Position numbers and translations under genes: made by a program. From positions 30,070,001 to 30,134,000 of the forward strand of contig OZ076420.1 of the NCBI GenBank assembly GCA_964187785.1: a DNA stretch of 64,000 nt, written 5' to 3'. The notes below the pieces were generated by a model. That model did not search any database and was not told the DNA's origin. It saw nothing but the letters and a program-made list of their open reading frames with translations. Of this stretch, positions 1 to 14,098 are shown piece by piece. Positions within the stretch are counted from its first letter, which is position 1. Each line of letters opens with the position of its first letter. This DNA comes from Amphiscolops sp. MND2022 (taxonomy: Eukaryota).

Positions 1-305
1 TTAGCGTTTTTATAGTGCATTAGTTATCCTTGAGCCTCAAATTTATGTAGTTGTAGAACAGTTCGGGCGGAAAATATCTCGCTGCTCAGCGGGCGTCTTG
101 TTCGACGTTAAACTGAACATCAATTCATGAAACAAAGACAAAATTTGAGAAGCACCATTCATCTTTGTCAAGGATGACTCACCCCGTGCAACAGTAACAT
201 CAAATTGAGAAAGAGAAACAATTTTCGCAGTGTGTTTACTGTCAACGAAAAAACAATTGAAGTCATGAGTCATGACTGAAATTGGTTTTAGTGACAACAA
301 GCATC

Positions 306-770
306 AACAAGCCGGGACCGGCCCAATCCGGCGCCATATCTAAGGCTCAAAAATCGCAAAAGGACTTCAAAATGGCAAAGTATTGGTGAATTGGGGACCT
401 TTTTATACAAAAAAAAGTTTCACAATGCCGAAAAAAACTGAAAGTGAGGACCGTTCGGAATTTTTCAACAAAACGTCGCAAAACTCGAAAAAAATTGAAA
501 GAGGGGATCCTTTGGTGGAAAAAGAAGTCGCACAATGCTGGAAAAAATTGAAACAGAACCCTTTAGTCTACTCGGTAATGTATTTTACGCGGATAAAAGG
601 AAAAACCTTTTTAGTTTAGTTCCCTAGGCCAACAGGTGAAATTTGAAGTTTTGTAGAATTTTTGGTAGAACTATTTTGCTCACTTCAGGTGGTTCTTAAA
701 AAACTTTTAAAAAACACTGACGAAAAGCCATGACTACAGTCGGCTCTTTTCGAGAAAGCACCGACTTACA
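306..770. repeat. Non-autonomous interspersed repeat, Helentron/HINE-like, with AACAAG terminus and GC-rich hairpin
   Basis: Begins AACAAGCCGGGACCGGCCCAATCCGGCGCCATATCTAAGGCTCAAAAA. Recognisable copies at ~13600-14098 (inverted), 52048, 52698, 56693 and ~58000-58296 (inverted). The Helentron label is inference; the inner boundary is approximate. Confidence 0.55.
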
Positions 771-1599
771 ATGGGATGCCGAACAACTTGATCGTGCTCG
801 CAAAAGTATGAACAAAAACATTCAGTGAGACATTGGGTTTTCTGAGAATTTTTTTCTTTTTTTAATTGTTGATCTTTTGATGTTTTAATGAGTTGATTCT
901 GAACTGAATTGGATCCCGAAAGGAGCTGAAAAATCAGTTTTAAAGTCCGCGATAAGTGTGATCTCAGTTTAATCTTTGTTTATTTGAACTTCCCAGGTGT
1001 AATTAAAAATTATATGCAATCGAAGTCTTTTGAATTGAACGACCAATTGAACCATTGAACAATCCAATTGAACGACACGGGCAAAAACGCTATTTTTGGC
1101 ATTCCTCAGAGCTGGTGTACACTCAACCATGAAATTTCGTCATGGATAGTAGGCTCCAGAACTCATAGAGTTTTCCGATACGACACTATCCCAGCTAAGA
1201 AAGGACGAAGGGGTAATGCTTTTTGACTCATGAACCTAGTTCCTGGTGAATGTCATAGTTGAAAAATTTTCAATGAATCAACTCGTCAATCACGTTGTTT
1301 AACTTACCGCCGGGATTTTTCGAACCTAACTTACAAAATACCAAAGTATATTTTTCGAACAATTGATGATGCTTCTTTAAACGTGTCATGGGAATAACGA
1401 TCATAGGTGACTATTACTCGGAATTTTGATAAAGATAAACGGGATATGCTTGTATTACAGTTTGAAAATATAGTCATTATTCCAAACTTATCAAATTGTG
1501 TATGAAAGTACACAAAAACTCACATTGATATTATAATTAATAGAATTTTTACTGAAAAAAGTTCAAAATGTAAAAATTGTGCAAAATGCTACCGAGATT

Positions 1600-2800
1600 T
1601 GACGACACAAATTACGTAAGAAATGTTTCATGCCAAACATTGTCAGGTTTGCCATGTTTCAAAAACTGTCAATTCACCAGTGCTGATGAAATGTTCCATA
1701 TGTTTGTTCATCTCCAATGAATGCAATGAACTTCCGTGAAAAAGCATACTCGTTTAAATCAGTGTTCTTCAAAACAAATCCCGAAACTTTTCGAGGAGGT
1801 TTGATTTGACGCAGAATGCAAAAGCGTACTACATGAACGGCAACTGGCCTCTGAAATGTACTCCGTAAGTTCATCAACAAAAATTTGGTCTACTTATCAA
1901 CTACGTTTGAGATTAGTTTCCTCTTAAAATAAAAATGAAAAAGTTTTTCGGAAGTGTTTTAGCTCTTCCAATTTGTCTCCCCTGCTGATTGCTGGAACTT
2001 TATAAAACAACCTAAGGGGTCATATTCAATCAGTTATTGAATATAACGGTAACACTTCGCTCCAGAGTTAAAGTATCGATTTTAGAGAAATCAATGGTCA
2101 ACAGTTCAGTAGAAAGTATGAAAAACTCCGTTCCTCGAAGCTAGTGATGAGTCGTTTAGCCTTTAGCCAAGATCAATAAAATTGATTTTTCGAAAAAAAT
2201 TCACAACAAACCAACTGGTTGTTGCAAAATACCTGCCTGGAAATATTTTGCAAGCCAACAAATTTCAGTCCCTCATTCGATATTCTTTTATGAATGAATG
2301 CAAAAAAGATTTCGTGATCCCCCAATAATAAAAATGACTGTGACAACGCCGATATTTTGAAAAAGATGACATCTTGGACCGGTTAAATTAGCGCTTCAAT
2401 TCAATAAGTTCTCTAACATCTTCGAGGAATTTCCACTTAAACAAGTAGAAGCTACACAGAGAGTCGAGGAACTCCTGTGGCTTCACTTTAACATACGGTC
2501 GAAAAGTTCTGAGCAAGATGCAGTTTTATTTTTTTTGGAGGTACATTTTGCGCCTTTAGCGATAAAAAGTGTGCCAAATTGTTTAGGATGTCAATTGCAA
2601 CAAGTGTCGCTAATGTTTTCTATCTGAATGGATTGAACTGATTCAAGGAACAGCCATAGCACCGCTGTTTTGATACCTATTTCGAAAATTACTTCAACTT
2701 TTCAAAGTCACTTCAAGAGAACCAAATAACTTGAGCTACCGGAGAGACTTTTCATAGATCAGTACACGATAACAAGAGCCGAACTTACTCACCAAAAATC
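1600..2800 (-). pseudogene. Highly decayed non-LTR retrotransposon (LINE) AP-endonuclease relic
   Basis: Minus-strand fragments, in the expected order, resemble APE motifs (NRYQNSGAMAV, VPP, SFLLLGDH ~ GDFN, IDL, DH). Many stops and frameshifts; boundaries approximate. Confidence 0.3.
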
Positions 2801-3224
2801 CTTTGTTTTTCTGGTAAATTCAAATTCACGGGAATTTCTCTCCGCCCTCGCAATCTCAATTTTTCTACGCTAGTATGAGATAATCCACCGCCACTAATCT
2901 TTGAAATCAGTGCTTGGATTTTTTCAATGGTTTCAGCATCGGAATGCTATCTCAAGTATTTTATCACTTTCGAGTCATCAGTAGAAAGTTGACTTTATCC
3001 CGATGGAATTACAAAAACTGATTGTAACTAGTTTAGTCTTTAATGACGTCCGTCGTTGGACTTGTTTTTATAACCCAACCAATTCCAATGATCAACAAGT
3101 TAATCTTCTGAGCTCTGTTATTTTAAAGCTGACGACGTCCTTTTGCTTTTTTGGAAGCCAATTCGAGTGATGTATTGTGGCGTAACTCAATCAGGCACGC
3201 GAATCCCAATGACGTCATATCATT

Positions 3225-6200
3225 TCACGTGAGGAGTATCTTCGTGAGGAAGTGAATTGTTGTCATCATTTCTGGGGTGATATGATGGAAAGAGATGGTC
3301 TGGTCTGAACAACAATCCAAGCCCTGAAATAGTAGTTTATCAAACTGATGCTTTAATGAAATAATCTTGAGAAACCATTTTTGAATTAAGCTGTAAAAAA
3401 TGATGTTTGAACTTCGTATAGACAGGCGAAACGTCATTTCAGTTAGAACAACCCAGGATGACCAAACATCCTCACCATTACTCTATGATCATGATCAAGC
3501 CAAGACCGTACCATGGCGACCATGTTTCACAGTATGATCATATATTATCGTCATCATGTTGAAATACTTAGACCTTCTATCTCCAAATTCTTGAGTTAAG
3601 TCGTAAATTTCAAAAATCCTACTTATCTAGCGGCTTCAGGAAATCATACTGAGATGGGAATAATATCTAAAGTAAAAATGGGATTAAGATCTAAAGGGAA
3701 TAAGATCTAAAATTTCAGGACGGGAATAAGATCTAAAATCACTAAATTTTAGATCTTATTATTTAGATCCTATTCCCCTCCCAAAATAGCTATGGCTCAA
3801 GTGATGAAGGCGAAAAGGGAGGAAAATATCACGGTGCTTAGCGGGCGTCTTGTTACCCATATACGTCGTAGCATAAAGTTGGTTAAAAGTCGCATTAAAA
3901 GTTGTACTAACGAAGTTTTTTCCCAGAGGAAGTGCCATCAACTTCGACTCAAACCTTGTTTCGATACACATTTAGATGTTTTCTCACTTGAATTTATTCA
4001 CAAAACTAAATGTAGTTTTTTGCGGGTCACCTAAAAATTTTGTATATGAATTAGCCCATATGAACTTTTCACAACCTATCGGTATCGTGAGCTGCTGTAA
4101 AAATTGTTGATTGTAAAAATTTGTTTCCAGTAAGAATATGTCCATTGTCAAATTTTATCCAAATTTTGTTTCGTTCAAAAAAAATTTTCTCAAAATAATC
4201 ATAAAATTTTTGGAGCGCTTTTCAAATGCTCTAACCATTCTGCGTGAGTGGAAGCTCTGTCGCTTGAGCCAGTCAAACTTCTTGAAAATTTCATCTTCCG
4301 GACTTTCGGGGTGGAATCTTTCACGACCTTTGTCATCCAAAGTGTTGTTTGGCACTATCCCCGCCGATTCCAAACAATAGGCTGTGAACAGAATAGGGAA
4401 TTTGAAAAATTCATTCTTGCTGTGAGCTTAAAGCACGAAAGATGTGTAGTGCTTATGCTGAAAAACTTTGGTTCAAAAGAAAGTCATTATGAAGGAAAAT
4501 TCCAAAAATATTCATGCTAGCATGAGCAAATGATTTTTTAAATTAAATTACTTTGTGGTGGAAAAAACAGCTAAATTTTTTGTTTCACAGTTTTTCTAGA
4601 TTTCAAACTCTTTTTTTGGTACAATTGAAAGCCTTCTCTAGGTTAATTGAAGTTTCAATTCTTTCTCCTTTCCATTGTTTTCCGTCCGTCAAAACCTTGA
4701 AAAATGGCTAAAAATTCCGCCTTCTCTACTAAATTTTCCACGATCTAATGCATCTAAACTGAAACAAAATAACCAACTATCAACAAGATTACGGCGCATT
4801 TAAACCATCGCCCTGAAGTTCAGTTCAAAAACAGTATGAAGTAAAAATTTTAAATTTCCCACAAATTTAACAATGCCATAGATACAGGTTAAATACTACT
4901 ACGTTCTACCTACCAAATTGTATGTCCTCCGGACCTTGCGAATCTGCTCGGCACTTAGCTGTGTTCTGAAGTAACTTTGGTCCAATTCTCTTTAGCGCCT
5001 CCCTATTGATGACGTAACCAGAGCCCCCACTATTGTAACCATTCTAAAAATTATTCCTGTTTTTGTCTCATCAACATTCGTGATCAAGAACTCACCAAAA
5101 GCGTATTGTTATGTACTAAATTCGTCATAGAGAGCATAATCCTATATTTGAAGGTTTCGTATATTTTATAATGGTAGTTTGGCATGTAAACTTGGGGTGG
5201 AAATCATCGAAATTTTTCAGGATTTCTTTGTAATGGTAACAATTTCCGGAAAGGACGTTTCTAATGTGACATGTGTGTCTCATATAAATTCAAGTACATG
5301 TTGAAAATTAATGCTCATCAAAAGAAGTCCTTTTAGATTTCTCTGAATCTAGTTTGGTTATCTAGAAATACAAAATGCTCAAAAACAAAAGGATCTTCAT
5401 ATAATCTGTTCAAAGTAACTTCCTCAGCTGTGGGTTACTTTTGCAGTTAAACAAAATGATTTACTTCTTAAGAAATAATCATATCATGATGGGACATTAA
5501 CATAATTCCTGATTAGTGTAAAGAATGTTTTGATATAGATTTTCTTCAAAAGTTTACATTGTTTTCAAACATATAGAAGAGTTTCTTATAGAGGATTAGT
5601 GCAATGCACAATTCGTCGGCTGTCTGCTGAAATTTTTTAGCATAGTAGAGTACCATGAATTTTAATCAATCATGGATGAATTGTGGATTATCATAGATGA
5701 ATCATAAATTGATATCAGCCATAATTTTTCATGACTCGATATCTGGTCCAAAAAGAACCATGATCATGGATGATAATCGATGATCAATTCATGACAGATA
5801 ACCCGTGTAATTATCAAATGATAAGATTGTTTCCTTGAAAATTTTGCCTGAACTTTTTTCTCATGGAATCGATTCTGTACAAATTCGTCTTTAAAACTTT
5901 GATTATCTTCTTCAACATATTAGTATATGTACTAACCCTTAGATATCCTTTGAATATTCTACCCAAATACTGTGGATAATGCGGATTCATTTCACTTGTG
6001 AGCTTTTTGAGGTTGTTGATGAAGAAATAAGTATCATCATCAGCTTTCACAAACCAGTCAAAATCCGTTAGATAATTTTTGAACGCCAACAGAAAAACTT
6101 CACGTGTTTTGGACCACAAAAAGTTGCGGCCAGTTTGACCGAATTCCAAGGCAGGAAAGCTGGCATTTGCTCTGTCAGAGATGAAAAGTGTTTCGTCGCA

Positions 6201-6358
6201 ATCTTTCGCCCATGTCGTTTGGACGGCTCTGGCTTTTGTGTTCAGATTCTGCTGGCAAGTTAGAACCATACACAAAATCCGGTTGTTTCCAGTGTTTTTG
6301 TATTTGCGGATAGTTTGTTTTGGAGCAGACTTTGAAATAACCTGTGGTTGGGGCTCAC
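3225..6358 (-). CDS. C1GALT1: Core 1 glycoprotein-N-acetylgalactosamine 3-beta-galactosyltransferase (T-synthase, GT31)-like; 5' exon(s) not resolved
   Basis: Phase-compatible GT-AG exons 6358-5937, 5043-4914, 4381-4236 and 3323-3225. They give RILCMVLT, TWAKDCD, DWFVKADDDTY (DxD motif), GYNSGGSGYV, PEDIQF, GRERFHP and CCSDQTISFHH, all characteristic of C1GALT1. Confidence 0.88.
3655..3777. repeat. Short direct and inverted repeat cluster of GGAATAAGATCTAAA (in C1GALT1 intron)
   Basis: Three to four direct units are followed by inverted TTTTAGATCTTATT and TTTAGATCCTATTCCC, so it can fold back. Confidence 0.6.
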
Positions 6359-7279
6359 CTGAAAATGAAAACTTCTGTCCTATAAAGATCTGTTAATTGA
6401 TAAGATAACCCTCAGAAAAAATTGTGTAAGTCTTGCATTCACACTTCATCAAAACAATGACCTAATTGGACTTTAGTTAGCTGATATTTTATATTCGTAG
6501 GTCTTTTATCATAGATTTATGTTGAAAATTATACAACAATATGATAGGGTTCATTTGCAGGACAGCAATTTTCTGACTAATTAAAAATTCTATTGATCAA
6601 ATTGCGCTCTGAGAAAATGTTATTCTTTGGTGTTTCTGTCAAAACATTTGATGAGGCCGCAAAAAACTGTTCAAGGTTTGATATATAACGTTTTTCAAAG
6701 TTGAATTGATTCACATGGTCAGCAATATTTTTCGCTCTGACATTGCTCGGCATTTCATATTTTGGAGTTCTTTGAGAGATCTTGGAAACTTTCTTTTATT
6801 TGTAAGAATCCCACGAAGATGACAACCAGTCATGAATTTGTTTCCAATATCTTCTAACAACAGATGTCTTGACAGGATCCCCAGACACTCTCAAGGAATT
6901 TTCGACAGCAGATGGTGGCATTCAGGTGAAAAAGAAAGCCCGTCGGAGTCTTAGTAAACCCCGGAAGTTTTGTCAAGGCCCATTGTCCCCAGATTTCACG
7001 GCTGGAAAATTGACTTTTTTCCTTTTGTCCGAATTTCATTTTGTCTTCTTGATTAAATTATATTTTTGATGAGCCCGTTTTTAATCTGCGCATTTTGGAA
7101 GAAAATATGCCTGGCTATTACAATGACTTTTTTGCAATGTCGTTTTTTATCGTCAGATCACGTAATAGTGGTACGATCCTTTTTTTTACATTATTTTCTT
7201 CTGAAACATATTTATTATTAACCCAGAACACACATATGTCCTTATTTGATGATCTTTTATATATACCCTGATTGGAACT

Positions 7280-8620
7280 TCTAGGGGGAAAATCCACGAT
7301 TTCCCTTAGATCACATGCGGACTGTGAATCCTTCTTTGCTATTTTAGCATTTGACTCTTCCACGCATTACCGATACAGAATCCATTCTAGGACGCACCCA
7401 TCCCTGCTATTTCTGTCCAAAGGCATACTTTCCATTATGTTCAGTATTTCTGGCATAACCTAATGGTTTATAGCTGAGCTAATTGCCCTGTTGATCCGCG
7501 TTTGCATCTTGTCCATTAATGAGTCTGTTTTTTGAGACAATCTAGAATTCATTTCGCCTGATAAAATGTTAGTCTATCACGACCTGTTAAGTCATTTCCA
7601 CCGTAAATATTACTGATCTCATTTTCTTCAGAAGGAAAGAACGTTCTCTGTTTGGTACAGACTCTTAGCCCTGTTGGCCTTCATGACCGTTTAAAACATT
7701 GTCTATGTCTCTCTCTCCTCTAATGAGTTCGAATTTTCTTCACCAAACATGACGTCCATGTTACCGTACTCCGACAAACTGTTCATTTATCAAGATTTTC
7801 TAGCTTTCGCCTTTTGTTTTCTGGTAGAAGGCATGAATGTTTGTACAGGAGGAAATATTTGAATTGTTCCTGTAATATAGTTTGTCAACTCAGGTTTTAC
7901 AGTTACACTTTAACAAAGTAATATAGTAATATAAGAACACAACGTCAATTTTGTTTATTGGGGCGGCACGATCGAGCTTGTCGCGGTTGCCACAAAGGGG
8001 GGGGGTGACCTGTGGCCTACTTTGGCTAGTAACATGAAGTAAAAGAGCCGCGTCGATTTTATATATTTTTATTCCATCGTAAGACCCATCTGACCAATGG
8101 CCCTGTTGGGCTTTTCAAGGTGTAATAACGGGGAGGGCTGAATTGATTACAATGGTTATATTTCGCAATATGGTCGGTCAAAGCACTAGTATATGAGCAC
8201 AAGGGCTCTATTTACCTGTAAGTATTATGGCTCCAATGGTTCTCGCTTTCATTCATTAATAAGGCATCCTTAACTAATTGTGTGTTTGGACCGATAAGGC
8301 CGCATAGCCATATCTGGACAAGGCCGTGATTGGCCATATCACCGAGGACGGCTATGCTAGCTATACTGAGCATGCAGACATTTGAACTCTTTTTCTTTCT
8401 GCCTGTCAGTATAGCTTGCTGTCAAATATTATAATACAAAATTACATCAACTGCATTTACATGTATTGAAAGCAATATAAAGTTTTGAAAAAACGTATAG
8501 TTCTAGAAAAATCAATGAAAGTTTGAAAGTTTCATTGTAATGGTTGCGTTCCTGGTAGGGCAATCAGTCGGTTGTAGTCGATGGTATATAAATAACCATC
8601 ACAGGCGGCAGTCTGCGACA
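7280..8620 (-). mobile_element. Solo LTR (1341 bp) of the same Gypsy family, diverged lineage
   Basis: The minus strand starts TGTCGCAGACTGCCGCCTGTGA, like the LTRs of elements A and B. TSD GAACT at 7275-7279 and 8621-8625. It holds a decayed Gag N-terminus (MPSTRKQKAKA, ATG at 7834). The terminal CA is mutated to GA. Confidence 0.8.
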
Positions 8621-10269
8621 GAACTGCTTGAATTTTTTACATGTTTCTGTATGTTACCCTTTTATTTTTTTCTATCATTTCATAAAATTTCCATAGAAAC
8701 GTCCTTGCATTAAAACTTCACTGATTAGATTTAATTTCATCAAGCTGCCTATAAGATGCATCCTAAAATTGTCGGCAATTCTGCGTCGCAAAGTTTTGCA
8801 GATTTCATTATTACGACGCTCTAATTTCAAAAACAGCTGGGACTTTCATCAATTTTAGCGCGCTTGTAATGCAAATAAACATCAGTCACATTATAAAGTA
8901 GCGTCATATTCAGCGTGCTATTTGACTACTAGTTAGTAACGGTGTATGCATAAGATATTTACGTGAGAAACTTACACGTGAAACCAAAGTGATCGCCGCA
9001 GTGGAGAAGTGGAAAAGTTCTCAGTTTTATTTCAATTAGTGGAGGCTGCATTGTAATGCTACGAAATTTTTTCATGCAATATCCCGGTATTTCCCATGCT
9101 TTGTTAAAAAAATAGCCTGTATGTTTCCATGCAGCATGGAAAAAGTTCAGGCACTCTTGACCAGAGTACTGGAATTAGAAAGCTATACATTACTCATTAC
9201 CTTTTTTTGGCACTGTACCACTTTTTCAAATGTTTTTCCTATTTCATAAAGAGGTCGTTTTGGACTTTCGCCACACTGTGAGGTGTTTTAAACTTCGCGC
9301 AAAATCAGACTTTTGACATCCTCAAAAATCTTTTTGAGCCTCAAGAGGGACGCTGGCTTTATATGTTCCCGTCTTGGCTGATTCTACGCACGGGTGTTTA
9401 AAACTACTTTGTCTAGTGAAGTTCCACTTGTTGCTCGAAACCCTCAACAAATTTTTCCAACATGACCTTGGAATCGAGAGATTTAAGCTAAAATTGATTT
9501 TGCGAGGAGCCTGCACCATGTTTTCCGTGATTTTCTACAGTGTTGTCAAAAGAAAGGGACGCATGAAACATGCTGTGACATTTTAGAGCCAGTTGCTGAA
9601 AAAAATTCAGAATAACTTGTAGCGATATCCTTTATTGCATGCCAGATGTTGATGATCGTGACGAAAGTTTCTCAGCAAATCTTGATGTGGCAGTTCAGAT
9701 GACTGATTCCTATTTTTACAGTTGTCGCCTTTTTGAAAACGAGTGAGCTGAGAGTAGACACCGCGGATTGAAGAGATCGCGTACAGGGAGAAAACTGTGA
9801 TACTAGACTAACCACACCTTATATGCAATGTTTTGCGTTATTGCTACATAGTAGCATGCTATTACAATACGTAGCATAAGCTACAAAATGAGTCCAAAGG
9901 CCTTCTTACTTCCTTAAAGTACATGAAGCCCTAAATTTTGAGCTGCACAGCTAGCCATACTGCGTATCCCTTTTGAATTACTTGCAGTTGCTGTTCGTAT
10001 GGCGACAACTTATATCAAGAGACATATCGTATCATGCCAAAACTCATAGCAAACTGTAAACGCGAAAACTCAGATCATTTGAGAAGCTCGTTTGCCATAT
10101 TGATTTCGTTTCGACGGATGAAATTTGACATGTAGCAACCTTCTGGGTTTGTAGATACGTTGATAAAGTGTTGTTGTTGTAATATTTCGGGAACATGGTT
10201 TGTTGGAGTAATTCTAGTAATTTCTGGTAACTCGGAATACGTTATAGTAATTTATTGGCCATTGTTTGG

Positions 10270-10537
10270 ATCTGTAAAGATCTGTAAAGATCTGCAAAAC
10301 TCTACAGATCTGTACAGATTACTGCAGAAAAATGTTTCATCATTTTGACATAAATTAGATTTCTCTCGAGTTTTAAACATTTTTATTATTTGTTTGACAT
10401 TGCTGTGGGGTTTTTATTGTGTTTCTAAGTAGGTCATTTTTCTTCGAATCTGCACATATCTGCAAAGATCTGCAAAAATCCTGCAGATCTGCACATATCT
10501 GCAAAGATCTGCAAAAACCCTGCAGATCTGCACAGAT
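10270..10537. repeat. AGATCT/TCTGCA minisatellite: ~10 bp subunits and two 39 bp units
   Basis: TCTGCACATATCTGCAAAGATCTGCAAAAATCCTGCAGA at 10449-10487, repeated at 10488-10526. A related block lies at 10270-10325. Confidence 0.75.
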
Positions 10538-10769
10538 TCGCAAACATCAAAAACCTGAGCAGTCAAAGAAAATTAGTTAACTGATGAGAAGTTGTACATG
10601 ATTTCACTAAATTCAAACACGGTTTCACGGTATGAGAATCACCTATAGTCATTTCATCAACACACCTTCATCTAAAGTAGTGATATTATTAAAAGCAACA
10701 AAGAACGCGGAAAGAGAGCAAATAAACAAAGGTAATTGAGTAGCTATAGAGCAATGTAAACGGTTTACT

Positions 10770-12115
10770 GCAATCAATACGGAAACGTGTTCATATTTTC
10801 AAACGTACTCACACGGCAAAGTGGCTTACAGTGAGTGCAATAACCAATCACATTGCGCTGTTTCTTGTACTATTTGGAAGTATTACTTTAATAGGCCGGT
10901 TAAGGCCGATTGACACAGCGAAGGTACTATTTCCAATAGTACAAGGCAAATGGCCGATTCCGGCCATATCAACCATTACCCGACTGATCAGCATTAGTAC
11001 CTAAATATTGTTGCTTAAGTTAATATTAAGTCATTCGACACCCCTTTTGATGTTGTGAAGTGACTTATTACTCATGAACGGGCAGTCTATTATTTGCTAA
11101 GGTGTAGTGCTAAACACCAGTCTTCGGACACATTCCGGTCTAAAATTTTATGACAGGTTGCTAATTTGGTAGCCGGATGATGCTATTTTAGTTCGGTACA
11201 TACTGCATGAAACTCATGAAACTTAAAATACTCAGAATGCCCACTAAGGCACGTGGGCAGGCTCGTGCCTATGCGTGGTGTCAACATTCCTAAAACATCA
11301 AGCCGCTAGTAATGCTTCGATGTGCTGTTGATGCTCGTAGTTAAGTACTATTCCATTCAGGAATGCGTTAGAAATTATTTTGTTTATGCTGTTTCCAAAA
11401 TCCTCCGACACTTTGATATGAACGATAGACAATAATCAGATGCCGTTTAAAGAATTTCAATAATAAAGATATGCTGAATTTGTTGCCCTTGAAATGTAGA
11501 AAATGTGAGTGTCATGCCGAAGGTATATACACCCTCATCCCTCTGAGGCTGACACAATTGATCCGAACTTTTATAGCGTTCAAACCTCATCTAATACAAA
11601 TTTTCACACAAACATGGATGTGATGATAGGAAGTGGTCTTTTTCAGAGAGAGAATAGTGAGTTTGGAAACTCAGTCAGGAGACCTGAAATCCCCAGTTTT
11701 GATGCCTTGATTGATCACAATTCCAATTCTCATTCAAACTCAAGAGAAAATGAAATCAGGGGTTTTACCGGAAACGGCCGAATGAACACTCAAGTAGACT
11801 CTGGTAGTGAGTTTATTAGGTTATCAGGAGAATTAAATCAAAGGATCACTCAAGGAATGAATGCACTAATGAGTAGCGTTAGTTTGCAAATTCAACGAGC
11901 ATTAAATGAGGCTATAAATGAGCAAGTTTAGCCACAGCTCCAAGCTTCACTTAGGGCCGTAAACGAACAGCCATCTCACAGTGGATGGAATTTTCCTGGT
12001 GAGAGACCGGAACGTAGATCCGAAGATACTTTCAGTAAGAAAGTTAGAGGTAGTTCGAGAGATGAGCTCCTCAGAAATCTGAATCGAGAAAAGGAAGACG
12101 AGGATACTCATGACA
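10770..12115 (+). mobile_element. LTR remnant of the same family (5' boundary not found)
   Basis: Shares the GGAAACGTGTTCA LTR motif (10781). Encodes a Gag-N-like peptide (NMDVMIGSG...SEFIRLSGELNQRITQ...QIQRALNEAI) and ends ...ACTCATGACA at 12115, like element B's LTR end (ACTCACGACA). No PBS follows. Confidence 0.65.
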
Positions 12116-12269
12116 GACGAAATCTGTCATTACCTCTCCAAGCTCATAATGGCAAGATGGCGGCTGCTTGTCGTTCCAGCCTTTTTTCGTGGAAACAATG
12201 GAGTTTTGCAGTTTCATCCAGTTTTGTCTAAATTCAGAGTTTTGTTCAAAAGTTCTGTTAACATTATTC

Positions 12270-13070
12270 AATGCGGATTCTGACGAAACTCGAAAATGAT
12301 ATTGTCATATGCAATACAATGAGGAATTATCTTGCAGATCAAAGTTTTCATTCTTTTAATACCTTGAAAATGAATTTTTGTTGATTTTCTATTTGTTTTC
12401 AAGATTTTTACAGTCGATTGATTGCTTTCAAGGTTTCTAATGGTGACAATGTTAGTGAAAATTTTCTCGAAGAAACGATTGCTTTTCACAACAATTAAGA
12501 TTAGGTATAGATCTATTCGAACTAATTCTCCGGGATAGTTGATTTTCTCCTCAAATTTGTTGTCGAAGAGAACTGAAATTTTCTGATGTTGATCAATGGA
12601 TGACCATTTTTTTGGTACACTATCGTTCACTAAAGCTATTGACAGCTTCGTTTGAATGAATATCGCATTGCCAATGTCTTGAGTATACAATAGTGTGTAA
12701 TGAAAACAATTTTTGCATCAAGTCCATTGGGATAATGATGGTCTCGTAATTTACATTAGTAATTCCAAGTAATAATGAATTGAAAACTTAAGTTGATTGA
12801 CACGTTACTTGCCGTCAGAATGATTTCAATCAATGCTCTCTGGAACTCTTAATACCAAGTAACGGGCCAAGCAAAAGGCGTGGACAAACTCTGCCCAAAA
12901 ACTGGATCTCAGATTTTGCTAAGACTACTGACCTTTTTCACTAACTGAGATGACATCGTCGGCGTTTTCGAAATCACACAATAATTTCCTGATAAAAAGG
13001 CCAGTCAAAACGAATGTTAAAATAATAAATGGTATCCCAAAAGCCTTAACCCTGAACACTTTCATTTGTA
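12270..13070 (-). pseudogene. Decayed LINE (CR1/L2-like) reverse transcriptase 3' relic
   Basis: Minus-strand remnants of QG...PF (GVPQG region), ENADD (~YADD) and NRFFEKIFTNIVTIRNL (~RxxFFxxRVVxxWN C-terminal motif). Boundaries approximate. Confidence 0.35.
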
Positions 13071-13599
13071 ATACTCAAACTAATATCAAATAATAATTTA
13101 TCAAACAGAATGGTTTGGTAGTAAAAAAATATACTGCAGTTTTTAGCAATATATAGTACAATTCTTTCTATTAATTAAAATGGTTAAAACTCAATAATTA
13201 CACATTTCAAGAAATGGTGTGTTCGAATAAGCATTTTTCCAGCATAAGAGCTTTAAAAATGATAACAAAAATAAGGATAACAGCTAATAGTAATACTTAT
13301 CTTAAGAATCAAATTTATATACATTGCTTTTTAGCTATTAGCATGACGTGTTATAGAAACACTGGTATAAGATAATGGTATACACAGCTAATTTCCCAAA
13401 TAAACAGTATCGGTAGCGCATTGCTTAAAAAGAACGTTGCTTTTAGAGTGTATATGGAAATTACTAATTCATTGTTGCTAAAACATCAAATCGGTATAAC
13501 GAGCAGCCACAGTTTTAGTACGGCAAAACGCATGACACGTTCATCTCAATTTTTAGTCGGCGTTTTCGAAGAAAATGCACGACTCTCACAGTGGCTAGT

Positions 13600-14098
13600 T
13601 TTTTTTTCGTCAGTTCAACGCGATCGGTTCACTTTTTACAACTTCATCAACTTGAACTACGGACGTCCAAAACATACTCGAAACGCCAGAACCTCGTCCA
13701 AAACAAGAACATCGACGTCCAAAACCTCGAAAACATAGGAACTTTGGTGTTTTTCACTCGGATGTTCTTCGGCACTATGTTCTTCGGCACTTTTTTTATT
13801 TGTTTTTTTGGATTCTACCAAAGGATCTCCCCTTCGTTTGTTTCGATATTTTTCAACACAATGGATGCCAAAAAATCCCAAAGGGTCCCCTTTCTACATT
13901 TTTCGGCACTGTGAAACTGTTCAAAAATCTCATTTTTACAATACTTTTTGGAAATTTTTTAAAATATCCCAAGGGTCCCCCTTTAGTTTTTTTTTCATAT
14001 TTTTCAACCAATTGGAGTTTCACAAAGCCCAAGGGGTCCCCCCTTTTACAAATTTGAGCCTTAGATATAGCGCCGACTTTGGCCGTTCCCGGCTTGTT
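13600..14098. repeat. Helentron/HINE-like repeat copy (inverted relative to the 306 copy)
   Basis: Ends ...GAGCCTTAGATATAGCGCCGACTTTGGCCGTTCCCGGCTTGTT, the reverse complement of the family terminus, and has internal AAAGGGTCCCC repeats. Confidence 0.6.

Noticed and set aside
10270-10537. CRISPR-like array (also 55470-55670 and 50518-50560)
   Set aside because: Contiguous tandem units without unique spacers, no cas genes, and a eukaryotic context.
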